Shown piece after piece: positions 52,236 to 62,045 of a DNA stretch of 64,000 nt. Source of the DNA: an uncultured delta proteobacterium (GTDB lineage: Bacteria > Desulfobacterota > Binatia > UBA9968); NCBI GenBank assembly GCA_963760795.1, contig CAVXEP010000005.1, positions 1 through 64,000 on the forward strand. Reading direction: 5' to 3'. The translations under genes and the position numbers were made by a program. How positions within the stretch are numbered: position 1 is the stretch's first letter; each line of letters opens with the position of its first letter. The notes under the pieces were generated by a model. That model was not told where the DNA came from and ran no database searches. It saw nothing but the letters and a program-made list of their open reading frames with translations.

Positions 52236-53549
52236 ATGACTCTCGATAATTTTTGGTTTCAAGCGATTTTGATCCTCGCGTTGATTTTCGCCAACGGCTT
52301 CTTTGCCGCTTCCGAGATCGCCATGATCGCCATGCGCAAAAGTCGCATCGAAGCCCTGGTCGACAAAGGGGTTAAGGCCGCCGCGGCGGTGGCCCGGCTG
52401 AAGGCCGACCCCGATCGCTTCCTCGCCACCGTACAGATCGGCGTCACCGTGGTCAGCTCCTTCGCCTCCGCCCTCGGCGGCGCCGCAGCCATCGGTTATC
52501 TCAAACCGGAGATCGAAGCTTTGCCGTTCGCTCTGGCTGCCCGCTGGGCGGATGCCATCGCGCTGACCATCGTCGTCTTGCCGATCACTTATTTTTCGCT
52601 GGTTCTTGGCGAGCTCGTGCCAAAATCTTTAGCTTTGCGGTTTTCCGAGCCCATCGCCTGCTTCGTTGCCCCGCCCATTGAATTGCTGGCGCGGGTCAGC
52701 GCGATCTTCGTCAGGTTCCTGACCGCGTCGAGCAATCTGGTACTCAAACTTTTCGGCGGCAAGGATGCCGGCAGCGTCAGTTTCATCTCCGTCGACGAAG
52801 TAAAATCATTGATTCGCGAAGGCGCCGCCAGGGGCATCTTCAACGAGACCGAGAAGGAATTGATCCATAGCGTATTTGAGTTTACCGACACGCCGGTCAA
52901 AGCGGTCATGAAACCGCGCACCGAGATCCATGCCATCGAAGGGCACGCATCACTGGCCGAGGTGGCAAAGAATTTTGTCGACAGCGGCTTTTCCCGCGTG
53001 CCGGTTTACGAAGGCGATCTCGATAAAGTTGTCGGCATTCTCTACAACAAAGATGTCTTCAAAGCTTTGCAGGAGCACAGCGACTTTCACGTGCGCGATC
53101 ATTTGCATCCGGCGTTCTTCGTCCCCAGCACCCTGCCGATCAGCGAACTGTTAAAACAGCTGCAACGGCGCCGCCTGGGCATGGCTTTGGTAGTCAACGA
53201 ATTCGGCGAAATCGAAGGTCTCGCCACGCTGGAAGACTTGATCGAGGAAATCGTCGGCGAGATCCGTGACGAATACGACCGCGAAGAACGCGGGCCCGTG
53301 GAGCGCCTGCCCGACGGGTCGATGGTGGTCGCCGGCTCGGCACTGCTCAAGGATCTCAAAATCGATTTCGACCTGCCATTCGAAGAATCGCCGGACTATC
53401 ACACCCTCGCCGGCTTACTGCTGGCGCGATTGAAAAGAATCCCGCGCGGCGGCGAATGGATCGATGAATTCGGCTACAAACTCACCATCGTCGACATGGA
53501 AGGCCGGCGCATCGTCAAAATCAAAGTCGAGAAAAGCATGGCGGCGTAG
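52236..53549 (+). CDS. HlyC/CorC (CNNM) family protein with CBS pair
   Basis: ANGFFAASE, LATVQIGVT, GELVPK, SRVPVY, LEDLIEEIVGEI.DEYD; GAGGAG RBS. Confidence 0.92.
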   Translation: MTLDNFWFQAILILALIFANGFFAASEIAMIAMRKSRIEALVDKGVKAAAAVARLKADPDRFLATVQIGVTVVSSFASALGGAAAIGYLKPEIEALPFALAARWADAIALTIVVLPITYFSLVLGELVPKSLALRFSEPIACFVAPPIELLARVSAIFVRFLTASSNLVLKLFGGKDAGSVSFISVDEVKSLIREGAARGIFNETEKELIHSVFEFTDTPVKAVMKPRTEIHAIEGHASLAEVAKNFVDSGFSRVPVYEGDLDKVVGILYNKDVFKALQEHSDFHVRDHLHPAFFVPSTLPISELLKQLQRRRLGMALVVNEFGEIEGLATLEDLIEEIVGEIRDEYDREERGPVERLPDGSMVVAGSALLKDLKIDFDLPFEESPDYHTLAGLLLARLKRIPRGGEWIDEFGYKLTIVDMEGRRIVKIKVEKSMAA

Positions 53550-53553
53550 AAAC

Positions 53554-53599
53554 ATGGGGCAATGGAGTATTGGGTGCGCCCAACACTCCATTACTCCAT
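53554..53599. repeat. GGAGTA-type palindromic repeat between convergent genes
   Basis: atggggcaatggagtattggg-tgcg-cccaacactccattactccat. Confidence 0.6.
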
Positions 53600-53611
53600 A
53601 ACTTCGGTTCT

Positions 53612-54025
53612 TCAGTAGCAGCGTATCTCGATCTCATTGCCGTCAGGATCGAGAAAATAGACTGAAGTCGCCTGGCCGCGCGCGCCCCAGCGCGACACCG
53701 GACCTTCGCGAATGGCGATCTGGTTTTTCTTTAGCTCTTCGATGACGCCGGCAAAGTCGCCAGCAGCGACAACTAAACAAACATGATTGAGGTTGCCGTC
53801 GACTTTTTCCGTAACCGATCGACTGTCAACGGGCTTACGCGGGAAAAGGTCGATGATCGTGGCGTCGTTGATACGCACGGACGGAAAACCGACCTTGCCG
53901 GCTCGGAACTGCTCGACCCGCTCGCCCTCCAGGCCCAAGACACCGGTGTAAAACTGCAAAGCCCGGTCGATGTCGCCGACATTGAGCACGATATGGTCGA
54001 GCGCGGTAATCTCAAAATGACCCAT
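53612..54025 (-). CDS. VOC/glyoxalase family protein
   Basis: LDHIVL.V.D, FYTGVLG, NHVCL, SVYFLDPDGNEIE. Confidence 0.88.
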   Translation of the reverse strand: MGHFEITALDHIVLNVGDIDRALQFYTGVLGLEGERVEQFRAGKVGFPSVRINDATIIDLFPRKPVDSRSVTEKVDGNLNHVCLVVAAGDFAGVIEELKKNQIAIREGPVSRWGARGQATSVYFLDPDGNEIEIRCY

Positions 54026-54064
54026 CACGCAACTCCTTTCATCCGAGTAAGTATAATTTGCCGA

Positions 54065-55120
54065 CTATACTGCCATCGCCGCCAGCTCGTTTAATAAAGC
54101 CCGAACTTCCTTGGGCGTGCCCACGGTGATGCGCAAGCAGTCGCGCAAACCGGGCGCGTCGAAATAGCGCACCAAAATTTTTTGCCGCTTCAGCTTCTCG
54201 TAGACCGGTTGCAAATTTTTGCCGCGTTGGCGCGCCAGAATGAAATTTGTATGGGACGGATAGACCTGATAGCCCAAGCGCTTGAGCCCGCTGGCGAGCC
54301 GCTGGCGGCTGCGCTGAATGCGCGCGGCATTGCGTTGCATCCAGGCCAGATCCTGGAGCGCCGCGGTGCCGGCGACGATGCTCAAACGATCGAGATTGTA
54401 GGAATCGCGCACCTTGTTCATGCCGGCGATAATTTCCGCCGACGCGAAGGCGAGACCGATGCGCATGCCGGCCAGCGAAAACGACTTGGACAAGGTGCGC
54501 AGGACAATCAGATTGGGCAGCTGGTGAATTAAGGGAATCGCCGACGCTCCTTCGCTGGCGGCAAAATCGACGTACGCCTCATCGACCACGAGTATGCCGG
54601 CAACTGCGCCGGCGAGCTTGACGATCTCCGGCAGCGGCACCAGTGTCCCGGACGGCGCATTGGGATTGCAAAGAAGCGTCAGCGCCGCACCTTGGCGTAC
54701 CAGCTCTTGTGGAATTGAAAAATCTTCTGGAAAAGGTACGCGTACCGCGATTCCCGCCTGGATCTCGACCAGCGTATCATAGAGCGAATAGGTCGGAACT
54801 GGATAAGCGACCCGGTCGCCGGGGCCGACGAAACAGCGCAGCATCATCGACAACAGCTCGTCCGAGCCGTTGCCCGCCATGATATTTTCTATTTTGACGC
54901 CATAGGCGGCGGCCGCCGCAGCGCACAACGGATCGCTCAGCGGCAGCGGATAGAGCCGCAACGAAGCATCGATCGCCCGGCGCAAGGCGGCGTAGACTTT
55001 GGGCGATGGCGGATAGGGATTCTCGTTGGTGTTGAGTTTGATTATGCCATCGTCGCGCGGCTGTTCGCCAGGAACGTAGCCTGACATCGCCTGGATGTTG
55101 GCGCGGAAATAGTTGGCCAT
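54065..55120 (-). CDS. hisC: Histidinol-phosphate aminotransferase
   Basis: YVPGEQP, KLNTNENPYPPSP, GNGSDE, NPNAPSG, DEAY, RTLSKSFSLAGMRIG. Confidence 0.93.
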   Translation of the reverse strand: MANYFRANIQAMSGYVPGEQPRDDGIIKLNTNENPYPPSPKVYAALRRAIDASLRLYPLPLSDPLCAAAAAAYGVKIENIMAGNGSDELLSMMLRCFVGPGDRVAYPVPTYSLYDTLVEIQAGIAVRVPFPEDFSIPQELVRQGAALTLLCNPNAPSGTLVPLPEIVKLAGAVAGILVVDEAYVDFAASEGASAIPLIHQLPNLIVLRTLSKSFSLAGMRIGLAFASAEIIAGMNKVRDSYNLDRLSIVAGTAALQDLAWMQRNAARIQRSRQRLASGLKRLGYQVYPSHTNFILARQRGKNLQPVYEKLKRQKILVRYFDAPGLRDCLRITVGTPKEVRALLNELAAMAV

Positions 55121-55336
55121 GGCGCGGGATTCTAACCACACCCACGAGTGATTTCAAATTGCCCTATGGGGCTAGACAGTCCAAGGGTTACCTTGCTTTA
55201 CCTTGGGCGTCATCTGAACAGAAATAAAGGTTTTTCGGCTGCCCCCTGAAAACATTTTTGTCCGGCCATTCCCGAAATTGTCCAGAAATCCTCGCGCTTG
55301 CAGAATTCTTTGCTGAATTGCTCATTATGCCAATTG

Positions 55337-55390
55337 TAAGTAGCTGATTTTCAAACGACGCAGGTTTCCATCGGTGGCATGTTTTTGGCT
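55337..55390 (+). promoter_or_regulatory. Candidate sigma54 (-24/-12) promoter with an upstream IHF site
   Basis: TGGCATGTTTTTGGCT (GG-N10-GC) at 55375-55390; reverse-strand AATCAGCTACTTA at 55337-55349 matches WATCARNNNNTTR. Confidence 0.5.
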
Positions 55391-55477
55391 AAGCTTGATG
55401 CTCGCAGGCCCTCCCGACAATCTATCAATTTGATTTTGCGGAAGAGATTAAGGTGGCAACGAGCAGTATTAAATAAA

Positions 55478-58400
55478 ATGGACGCACCTAAATATCAAAA
55501 AAGTGATCCGGCGATTCTTCTGCTCAACGAGATCGATATCCTGTTGGCGCAGACGCGTCTGATGGAGCTCTACCTCAAGCAAGCGCAGGCGACGGCGGCC
55601 AATGAAAATGCGCGAATTCACGAACAGTATGAATCCCAGTTGGCGACCCTGCGCGCCGATCTCGCCGACAAAGAGCGGCAATTGCAACAACGCCCAGTCA
55701 TCGCCGTCGAGCGCAATCTGAGCGAAACCATCGAACTGCTGCAACGCGAGCTCGGCGAAAAGCAACAAATTCTTTCCAGCCAGGAAGTCACATTCCAGCG
55801 CTCAACTAGCGAAATCGCCGCGCTGCAAGGCCGTATCGCCCAACTGGAAGCCGACAACAGCGCTGCCGTAAGCGCCGCTCGCGCGTCCAACGCAATCCGC
55901 GAAGGCCTTACCGCCGACGTCGCCGCAATCAATCAGGAGCTGGAGAGAAACCGGCGCGAGTTGCACCACCAGCAGCTCGCCGCGTTGGAACTCGAAAACA
56001 GCTTGCGCGAGCAGCTGCAATTGCTGCAAACCCAAGTCGGCGAAAAACAAGCCTACGCCTTTAGCGCCGACGACAAACTAGGCAAAGCGCAGCAAGAGAT
56101 CGCGGCGTTGCATCAGCATCTGGGCTCGCTTCACACAATTCAAGATGAACTTCAGTCGAGAGCGGCGCGTGAGCTCGAACAGACGCGCGGCCGTTTTGAA
56201 AATGAACTGGCGAGCCTGCGCAGCGCCCTCGCCGAACGCGATCGCTCGGTGCTGCAGAACCAGGTCGCACTACTTGAAATCGAGCGGGGTCTAAGAAGCG
56301 AGATCGACACCCTGCGCAGCGAGCTCGAGCAAAGACAAGCCGCCCTCGGACTACAAGACGAAGATCTGCGCGCCGCCGGCGCGCGGATCTCTGCGCTCCA
56401 ACAAACAGTAGCCGACCTTGAGTTGGCCCATCGCCAAGCAACCGCCGCCACCGCAGAAATGGATATGCTGCGGCGCTCATTGGCCGAAGAGGTAGCGAAC
56501 CTCCAGCATGAGGTCGCGGTCAAAGAAAAGGAACTGACCCAGCGCTACGAAGCGGTGACCGCCGTCGAGCTCGCCTTGCACGGCCGGATACAAGTTTTGC
56601 AGCAGGAACTCGCACGCGCGCACGAAGCCTCGAATGCCCAAGAAGTCGCGCTGCAAAACCACGCCATTGAGACCGCCGCCTTACAAAGCCGTATTGCTGA
56701 CCTGGAACGCTCCCAAGCCGACACCAGTTCGATCGACGCCGCCCGCCAGCAACTGGAAAGCGATCTTAATCGCCTGCGCACAGCCCTCGGACAGAAGGAA
56801 TATTTACTGGCCGAACGTGAGCGCGCCATCAGCGATCTCGAGGCGCGCTTCGGCGCAGAAATCACCACGCTGCAGCAACAGCTGGAGCAAGAACGCAGCG
56901 CCGCCGCGCATACCCATGACGAAGTACTCCAAGCGCGCAGCGAACTCGCCGCCAGCCGCGAGAAACTTGAAGCCCAGCTCAGCCATAAAGACGCTGAAAT
57001 CGGCAGCCTGCGCGCCAGCGCCAATCAACAAAGCGAGCAACTATCCAACCAAGTTAATGACTTGCAGCGGCAACTGGCCGAAGGCGAAACTACCGTCGCC
57101 AACCTGGAAGCGCGCTTGGGCGTGGAAATCGCCACGCTGCAGCAACAGCTGGAGCAAGAACGCAGCGCTGCCGCGCGAACCCACGATGAGTTACTCCAAG
57201 CGCTCAACGAACTCGCCGCCAGCCGCGAGCAACTTAAAGCTCAGCTCCGCCATAAAGACGATGAACTCGGCAGCCTGCGCGCCAGTGCCTTTCAACAAAA
57301 CGAGCAACTGTCCAACCAAGTTAGTGACTTGCAGCGGCAATTGGCCGAGCGCGAAACTACCGTCGCCAACCTAGAAGCGCGCTTGGGCGTGGAAATCGCC
57401 ACGCTGCAGCAACAGCTGGAACAAGAACGCAGCGCTGCCGCGCGAACCCATGACGAGTTACTCCACGCCCGCAACGAACTCGCCGCCAGCCGCGAGCAAC
57501 TTGAAGCCCAGCTCCGTCATAAAGACGCTGAAATCGGCAGCCTGCGCGCCGGCGCCATTCAACAAAACGAGCAACTGTCCAACCAAGTTAGTGAGTTGCA
57601 GCGCCAACTGGCCGAGCGCGAGACGACCGTCGCCAACCTGGAAGCACGTTTGGGCGTGGAAATTACCACCTTGCACCAGCAGCTGGAGCAAGAACGCACA
57701 GCCGCCGCGCGAACCCAAGACGAACTACTCCAGGCGCGCAACAAATTCGCCGCCACTCGCGAACAACTTGAAGCCCAGCTCAGCCATAAAGACGATGAAA
57801 TCGGCAGCCTGCGCGCCGGCGCCATTCAACAAAACGAGCAACTGTCCAACCAAGTTAGTGAGTTGCAGCGCCAACTGGCCGAGCGCGAGACGACCGTCGC
57901 CAACCTGGAAGCACGTTTGGGCGTGGAAATTACCACCTTGCACCAGCAGCTGGAGCAAGAACGCACAGCCGCCGCGCGAACCCATGACGAGTTACTCCAC
58001 GCGCGCAACGAACTCGCCGCCACTCGCGAGCAACTTGAAGCCCAGCTCCGTCATAAAGACGCTGAAATCGGCAGCCTGCGCGCCGGCGCCATTCAACAAA
58101 GCGAGCAACTGTCCAACCAAGTTAGTGACTTGCAGCGGCAATTGGCTGAGCGCGAGGCTAGCGTCGCCAACCTGGAAACGCGCGTGGGCGCAGAAATCAC
58201 CACCCTGCACCAGCAGCTGGAGCAAGAACGCAGCGCCGCCGCGCAAACCCATGTCGAACTACTCCAGGCGCGCAACGAGCTCACCGCCACTCGCGAGCAA
58301 CTTGAAGCCCAGCTCCGGCATAAAGACGATGAACTCGGCAGCCTGCGCGCCAGCGCCATTCAACCAGAGCGAGCAACTGTCCAACCGCATCGATGAACTG

Positions 58401-60339
58401 CAATTTCAATTGGCCGAGAAACAGCTGTTGGCCGAGCAATACGCAATTGAACTCGATCATTTACGAACTTCCGTCACCAGGCTCAACGAGCAGCTCAACG
58501 AAGAAGCCACGAATCATGCGCAGGCCCTCGGCCTTTGGCAAGACTCCCAGGCCCAACACAGCACTGAGATCGCTCAGCTAACAACCGCGCGCGACGAGCT
58601 ATTATATAGTCAGACCGCGCTGGAAGTTCAGCTCGACCAGGCACGCGGCGCCAACGCCGCTTTGCGCGGCGAGCTGCAGGAATCGAGAAACCGCGTTGGC
58701 GAATTTGACGCGCTGCTAAAAAGCAGCCAAACCGCCATGGCCGATGTCGCAGCCGAGCGCGCTCGGCTGCGCACCGAACTGGAAAACCTTGACGCGCTCC
58801 ATAAGCAGACCAAGGCCGATGCCGCCCGCGATCTTGCCCAGGGCCGCGACGCCTTGGAAAGCGAACTCAGCGCCCTGCGCAACGAGCTGCAACAAAAAGC
58901 CTGGTCGCTGGCACAACACCAAGCCAGTGTCGAGAACCTGGCGCAGATCCACCGCGAGCAGATGCGCAAACTGGAAGCGCGGCTGACCGAGCAACAACCG
59001 GTCACGGAACAGCAGGCGCGAGAATTGGCACAGGCTGTCAGCCAAGCCAATGCCTTGCGGCTTCAGGTACGAAGAACTCCAAGCCGCCCTGCGCCAAGCC
59101 GAGGCCGACGGCGCAAGCCAGGCCGAGCAGATTCGTCAGGAATACGCCGCCCGGGTGGAAACCGTCAACTCGCTGCTGGAAACAAAGTCGGCGGAAATGG
59201 CCAACAGCGGCGCGGCCCGAGCCAACGTCGAAGAGTCGTTGCGTGGCGAACTCAGCCACCTGCGCAGCGAAATGCAATCACGCACCGCGGCGCTGCAGAG
59301 CCGGGAGGACGAACTCAACCGCGTGCGCGCGGAAATGACCTCGGTGCAGAATCGTCTCGTGCAGTTGGAATCGATCAGCGCGCGCACCGAAAGCGAAGCG
59401 CGCGAGATCAGCCAAGCCAAGAGCGGTCTGGAGAGCGAACTCACCGCCCTGCGCAACGAACTGCAACAAGGATCTTCCGCGGTGGCGCAACATCAGACAG
59501 CGATGGATGATCTTGCAGCGCGCCATCGCAGCCAGGTGGAACAACTTGAAGCGAATCTACGCGAGCAGCATAGAGCGAGCGAAGAGCATCGACAGGAAGT
59601 TGACCAAGCGCAAGCGCAGATCGCCCTGTTGCACAGCCGGATCGAAGAGCTGCAAAACGCATTGCAGCAGACCGAGTTGAGCGCCAACAGCCGCACCGAA
59701 CAGCTGCGCCAAGAGTATGCAGCGCGCGTCGATGCGCTCAAACGCGAACTGGGCGAACATTCCGCCCAGCTTCAGGACCGCGCCAGCGCTAATTCCGACA
59801 GCGAGCAAGTTCTACACAGCGAGATCGCCCGGCTGATCGGCGAAGCCCAAGAACGAAATCAGATCCTGGAAAGCCGCAACGATGAATTGGTGCGGGTTAA
59901 AAACGACCTGGACGGTTTGGCCGAGCGCTTCAGTCAATTAGAGTCGCACGCCGTCCAAGCCGAAAGTAGCGCCAGCGGTGAAGCCGCGAGTATGCGCATC
60001 GGGTTTCAGGCGCAGTTAGCGCTGCTGCAGGCCGAACTCAGTCAGAAGGAATGGGCCCTGGAAGAGCGCCAAGCGATCATCGCCGGAATCGAACAAGAAC
60101 ATCGCCGGCAGCTCGACGCCTTGCGCCAGCAGTTAGCCGAGGAAGAACAGTCAACCGTGCCGGCCGACAACGGATTTGTCATGGGCGATCCCAACTTGAC
60201 GGAAGCCCAGCGGGAAAAGCTACTCAAACTCGACGACATGGTCAAAGCGATGCGCACCGGTGAGGATCACAGCGTTCCAGCATTCTCGGGACGGCGTTGG
60301 CAAAGCGGCTTCGGATGGAAGCGGCGCTGGCGCTCGTGA
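55478..60339 (+). CDS. Giant coiled-coil protein (~1,619 aa after removing two +1 indels near 58365 and 59069)
   Basis: Three consecutive E/Q/L/A/R-rich ORFs; 4,862 nt minus 2 gives 1,620 codons; the first indel is evident by comparison with sister repeats; no catalytic motif or TM segment seen. Confidence 0.8.
56831..58430 (+). repeat. About six tandem 267-bp (89-codon) intragenic repeats
   Basis: Unit starts at 56831, 57098, 57365, 57632, 57899, 58166; consensus like ANLEARLGVEI.TL.QQLEQER.AAARTHDELL.ARNELAA.REQLEAQL.HKD.EIGSLRA.A.QQ.EQLSNQV. Confidence 0.95.
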
Positions 60340-60384
60340 CGCCTGGTAAAATCTGGCTAACAGCCGAAAGCGGCAACGCGAAGG

Positions 60385-61149
60385 ATGACGATGATTCAAA
60401 CACAACGAGTAACCAGTGGAATCAAAGGCTTGGACCCATTGATCGAAGGCGGCTTCCCCAAGGGTCGGTCGATCCTGGTGACCGGCGAGCCAGGGACCGG
60501 TAAGACTATTTTTGCTCTCCAGTTTCTCGCCGAGGGATTAGCACGCGGCGAAAAATGCATCTTCGTCACCGCCGACGAAGGACCTCTGGACGTGCTCGAA
60601 CAAGCGGCGTCGATGGGTTGGGACTTCGAGCGCCATGCCGAGCAAAAAGATTTGTCGATCCTTAACGCCGGAACCTATTTAAGTTCACTGCCGGGCGCCG
60701 GCCGTGAGCGCCAATTCGACATTCAGAAAGCGGTGAGCGACCTGGCGATCTTCGTCAACCAGCTTGGCGCCGAGCGATTGGTTCTCGATCCCGCCGGGCC
60801 GTTTGTCCTGTTGCGCGACGTCGCCACACGTATCCAGGATCAAACCCGCTTGCTGATCAAATTGCTGCGTTCTTCGATGTCGACCACCAACCTTCTCACC
60901 TCCTATGCAGTACCGAGAACCGGCGAGCGCAGCATGCATGGCATCGAAGAGTACATGGTCGCCGGCGCCATCGTCTTGGAGATGATTTGGCGCAACGATG
61001 GCGCGATGGGGCGCAGCCTGATCGTCGAAAAAATGCGCTGTACCGATGTCAAACCGACCCAACTGGAGTTCGACATCGTCAAGGGTGAGGGTTTGGTGGT
61101 ACTGCCGAGGCCTGACTACCGGTCGCAGAAAATCTCTAGTCATGGCTGA
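60385..61149 (+). CDS. Single-domain KaiC/RAD55-family ATPase 1
   Basis: SGIKGLD.LI.GGFP, GEPGTGKT, TADE, LVLD, VEKMR. Confidence 0.88.
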   Translation: MTMIQTQRVTSGIKGLDPLIEGGFPKGRSILVTGEPGTGKTIFALQFLAEGLARGEKCIFVTADEGPLDVLEQAASMGWDFERHAEQKDLSILNAGTYLSSLPGAGRERQFDIQKAVSDLAIFVNQLGAERLVLDPAGPFVLLRDVATRIQDQTRLLIKLLRSSMSTTNLLTSYAVPRTGERSMHGIEEYMVAGAIVLEMIWRNDGAMGRSLIVEKMRCTDVKPTQLEFDIVKGEGLVVLPRPDYRSQKISSHG

Positions 61150-61924
61150 CGAATGCATCGCCACCGGCATCACCGGCTTGGATGCGCTGCTGCGCGGTGG
61201 AGTTAGCCGCGGGCGCACTTATCTCTTTGCCGGCGAAGCGGGCACCGGTAAAACCATCGCCTGTTTGCAGTTAGTCACTACGGGCCTCAAAGCTGGCGAT
61301 AAGGCGGTCTACGTTACCGTCGACGAACGACCTTCGGAGATCTTGGAGGCCGCCGCGGCATTGGGTTGGGATCTCCAAACCTATATCCAAGAAAAGCAAT
61401 TGATCATCCTCGACGCGTCGCCCTACTTCGGTGCCCGCGGCGGCGGCGAAAAAGGCATCGATCCGCAAAAGATCGTCGCCGATCTCGGCAATTATGTCAG
61501 ACGCCTGGGCGCGACGCTATTGATTATCGATCCGGTAACGCCGTTTAGTCTCCCCCCCGACGCCAGTAGTCCAGCGCAAGATCAAGCGCGCACGCTGATC
61601 CAACTGGTGCAAACGCAGATTAGCGTCACTAACATTTTCACGGCGCAGCGTTGCCCCGACGGCGGCCCATCGTCAAGTGTGGCGATTGAAGAACATCTCG
61701 CCACCGGTGTGCTGGTATTTAAAATGACCGAAACCGCAGCCGGCTATGAGCGCACGGTAACCGTCAAAAAAATGCGCAGCATCGCCACCGCACCGGTGAA
61801 ATACCGCTTCACAATGCAAAAAGACCAAGGCATCGTCCTCGACCTGCCCTGCAGCCTGGCTACCGCATCGAGCGCGACGCCACCCATGTTCGAATACTTC
61901 GATCCGTCCACGCTGCGAAACTAG
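61142..61924 (+). CDS. Single-domain KaiC/RAD55-family ATPase 2
   Basis: TGITGLD.LL.GG, GEAGTGKT, TVDE, LIID, VKKMR; ATG 61142 overlaps the end of ATPase 1. Confidence 0.88.
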   Translation: MADECIATGITGLDALLRGGVSRGRTYLFAGEAGTGKTIACLQLVTTGLKAGDKAVYVTVDERPSEILEAAAALGWDLQTYIQEKQLIILDASPYFGARGGGEKGIDPQKIVADLGNYVRRLGATLLIIDPVTPFSLPPDASSPAQDQARTLIQLVQTQISVTNIFTAQRCPDGGPSSSVAIEEHLATGVLVFKMTETAAGYERTVTVKKMRSIATAPVKYRFTMQKDQGIVLDLPCSLATASSATPPMFEYFDPSTLRN

Positions 61925-61992
61925 CGGCCGGCGGGCGCGAAGAGCGCACCCGCCGTTGGAATCCGCGATTTCTCCCGGTTCAAGCGGTTTTC

Positions 61993-62021
61993 TTGACAGC
62001 CCGCCGAAGGATGCTTAAATT
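61993..62021 (+). promoter_or_regulatory. Sigma70-like promoter of clpB
   Basis: TTGACA-N17-TAAATT, then GGAG RBS before ATG 62046. Confidence 0.5.
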
Positions 62022-62045
62022 CCCCGCAAGCTGCGGAGAAATCAT

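Noticed and set aside
56831-58430. Tandem array as a CRISPR array or non-coding satellite
   Set aside because: Units are 267 bp, in frame, have no unique spacers, and no cas genes are present.
1292-60339. Frameshifts in the RND permease, DUF4126-like gene, hydrolase, bioD, NRPS, npdG, cofE, cofC, cofD and the coiled-coil gene as programmed frameshifting or pseudogenisation
   Set aside because: They are isolated single-base indels in unrelated, otherwise undecayed genes with no shared slippery motif. The 58365 indel is an extra C relative to sister repeats. Long-read error is the simplest explanation; read polishing would settle it.
55478-60339. SMC/SbcC or phage tape-measure protein
   Set aside because: No Walker A/B, signature motif, hinge or Zn hook; no phage structural genes nearby.
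60385-61924. Circadian clock kaiC
   Set aside because: Single-domain proteins with no apparent S/T phosphosites and no kaiA or kaiB in the window.
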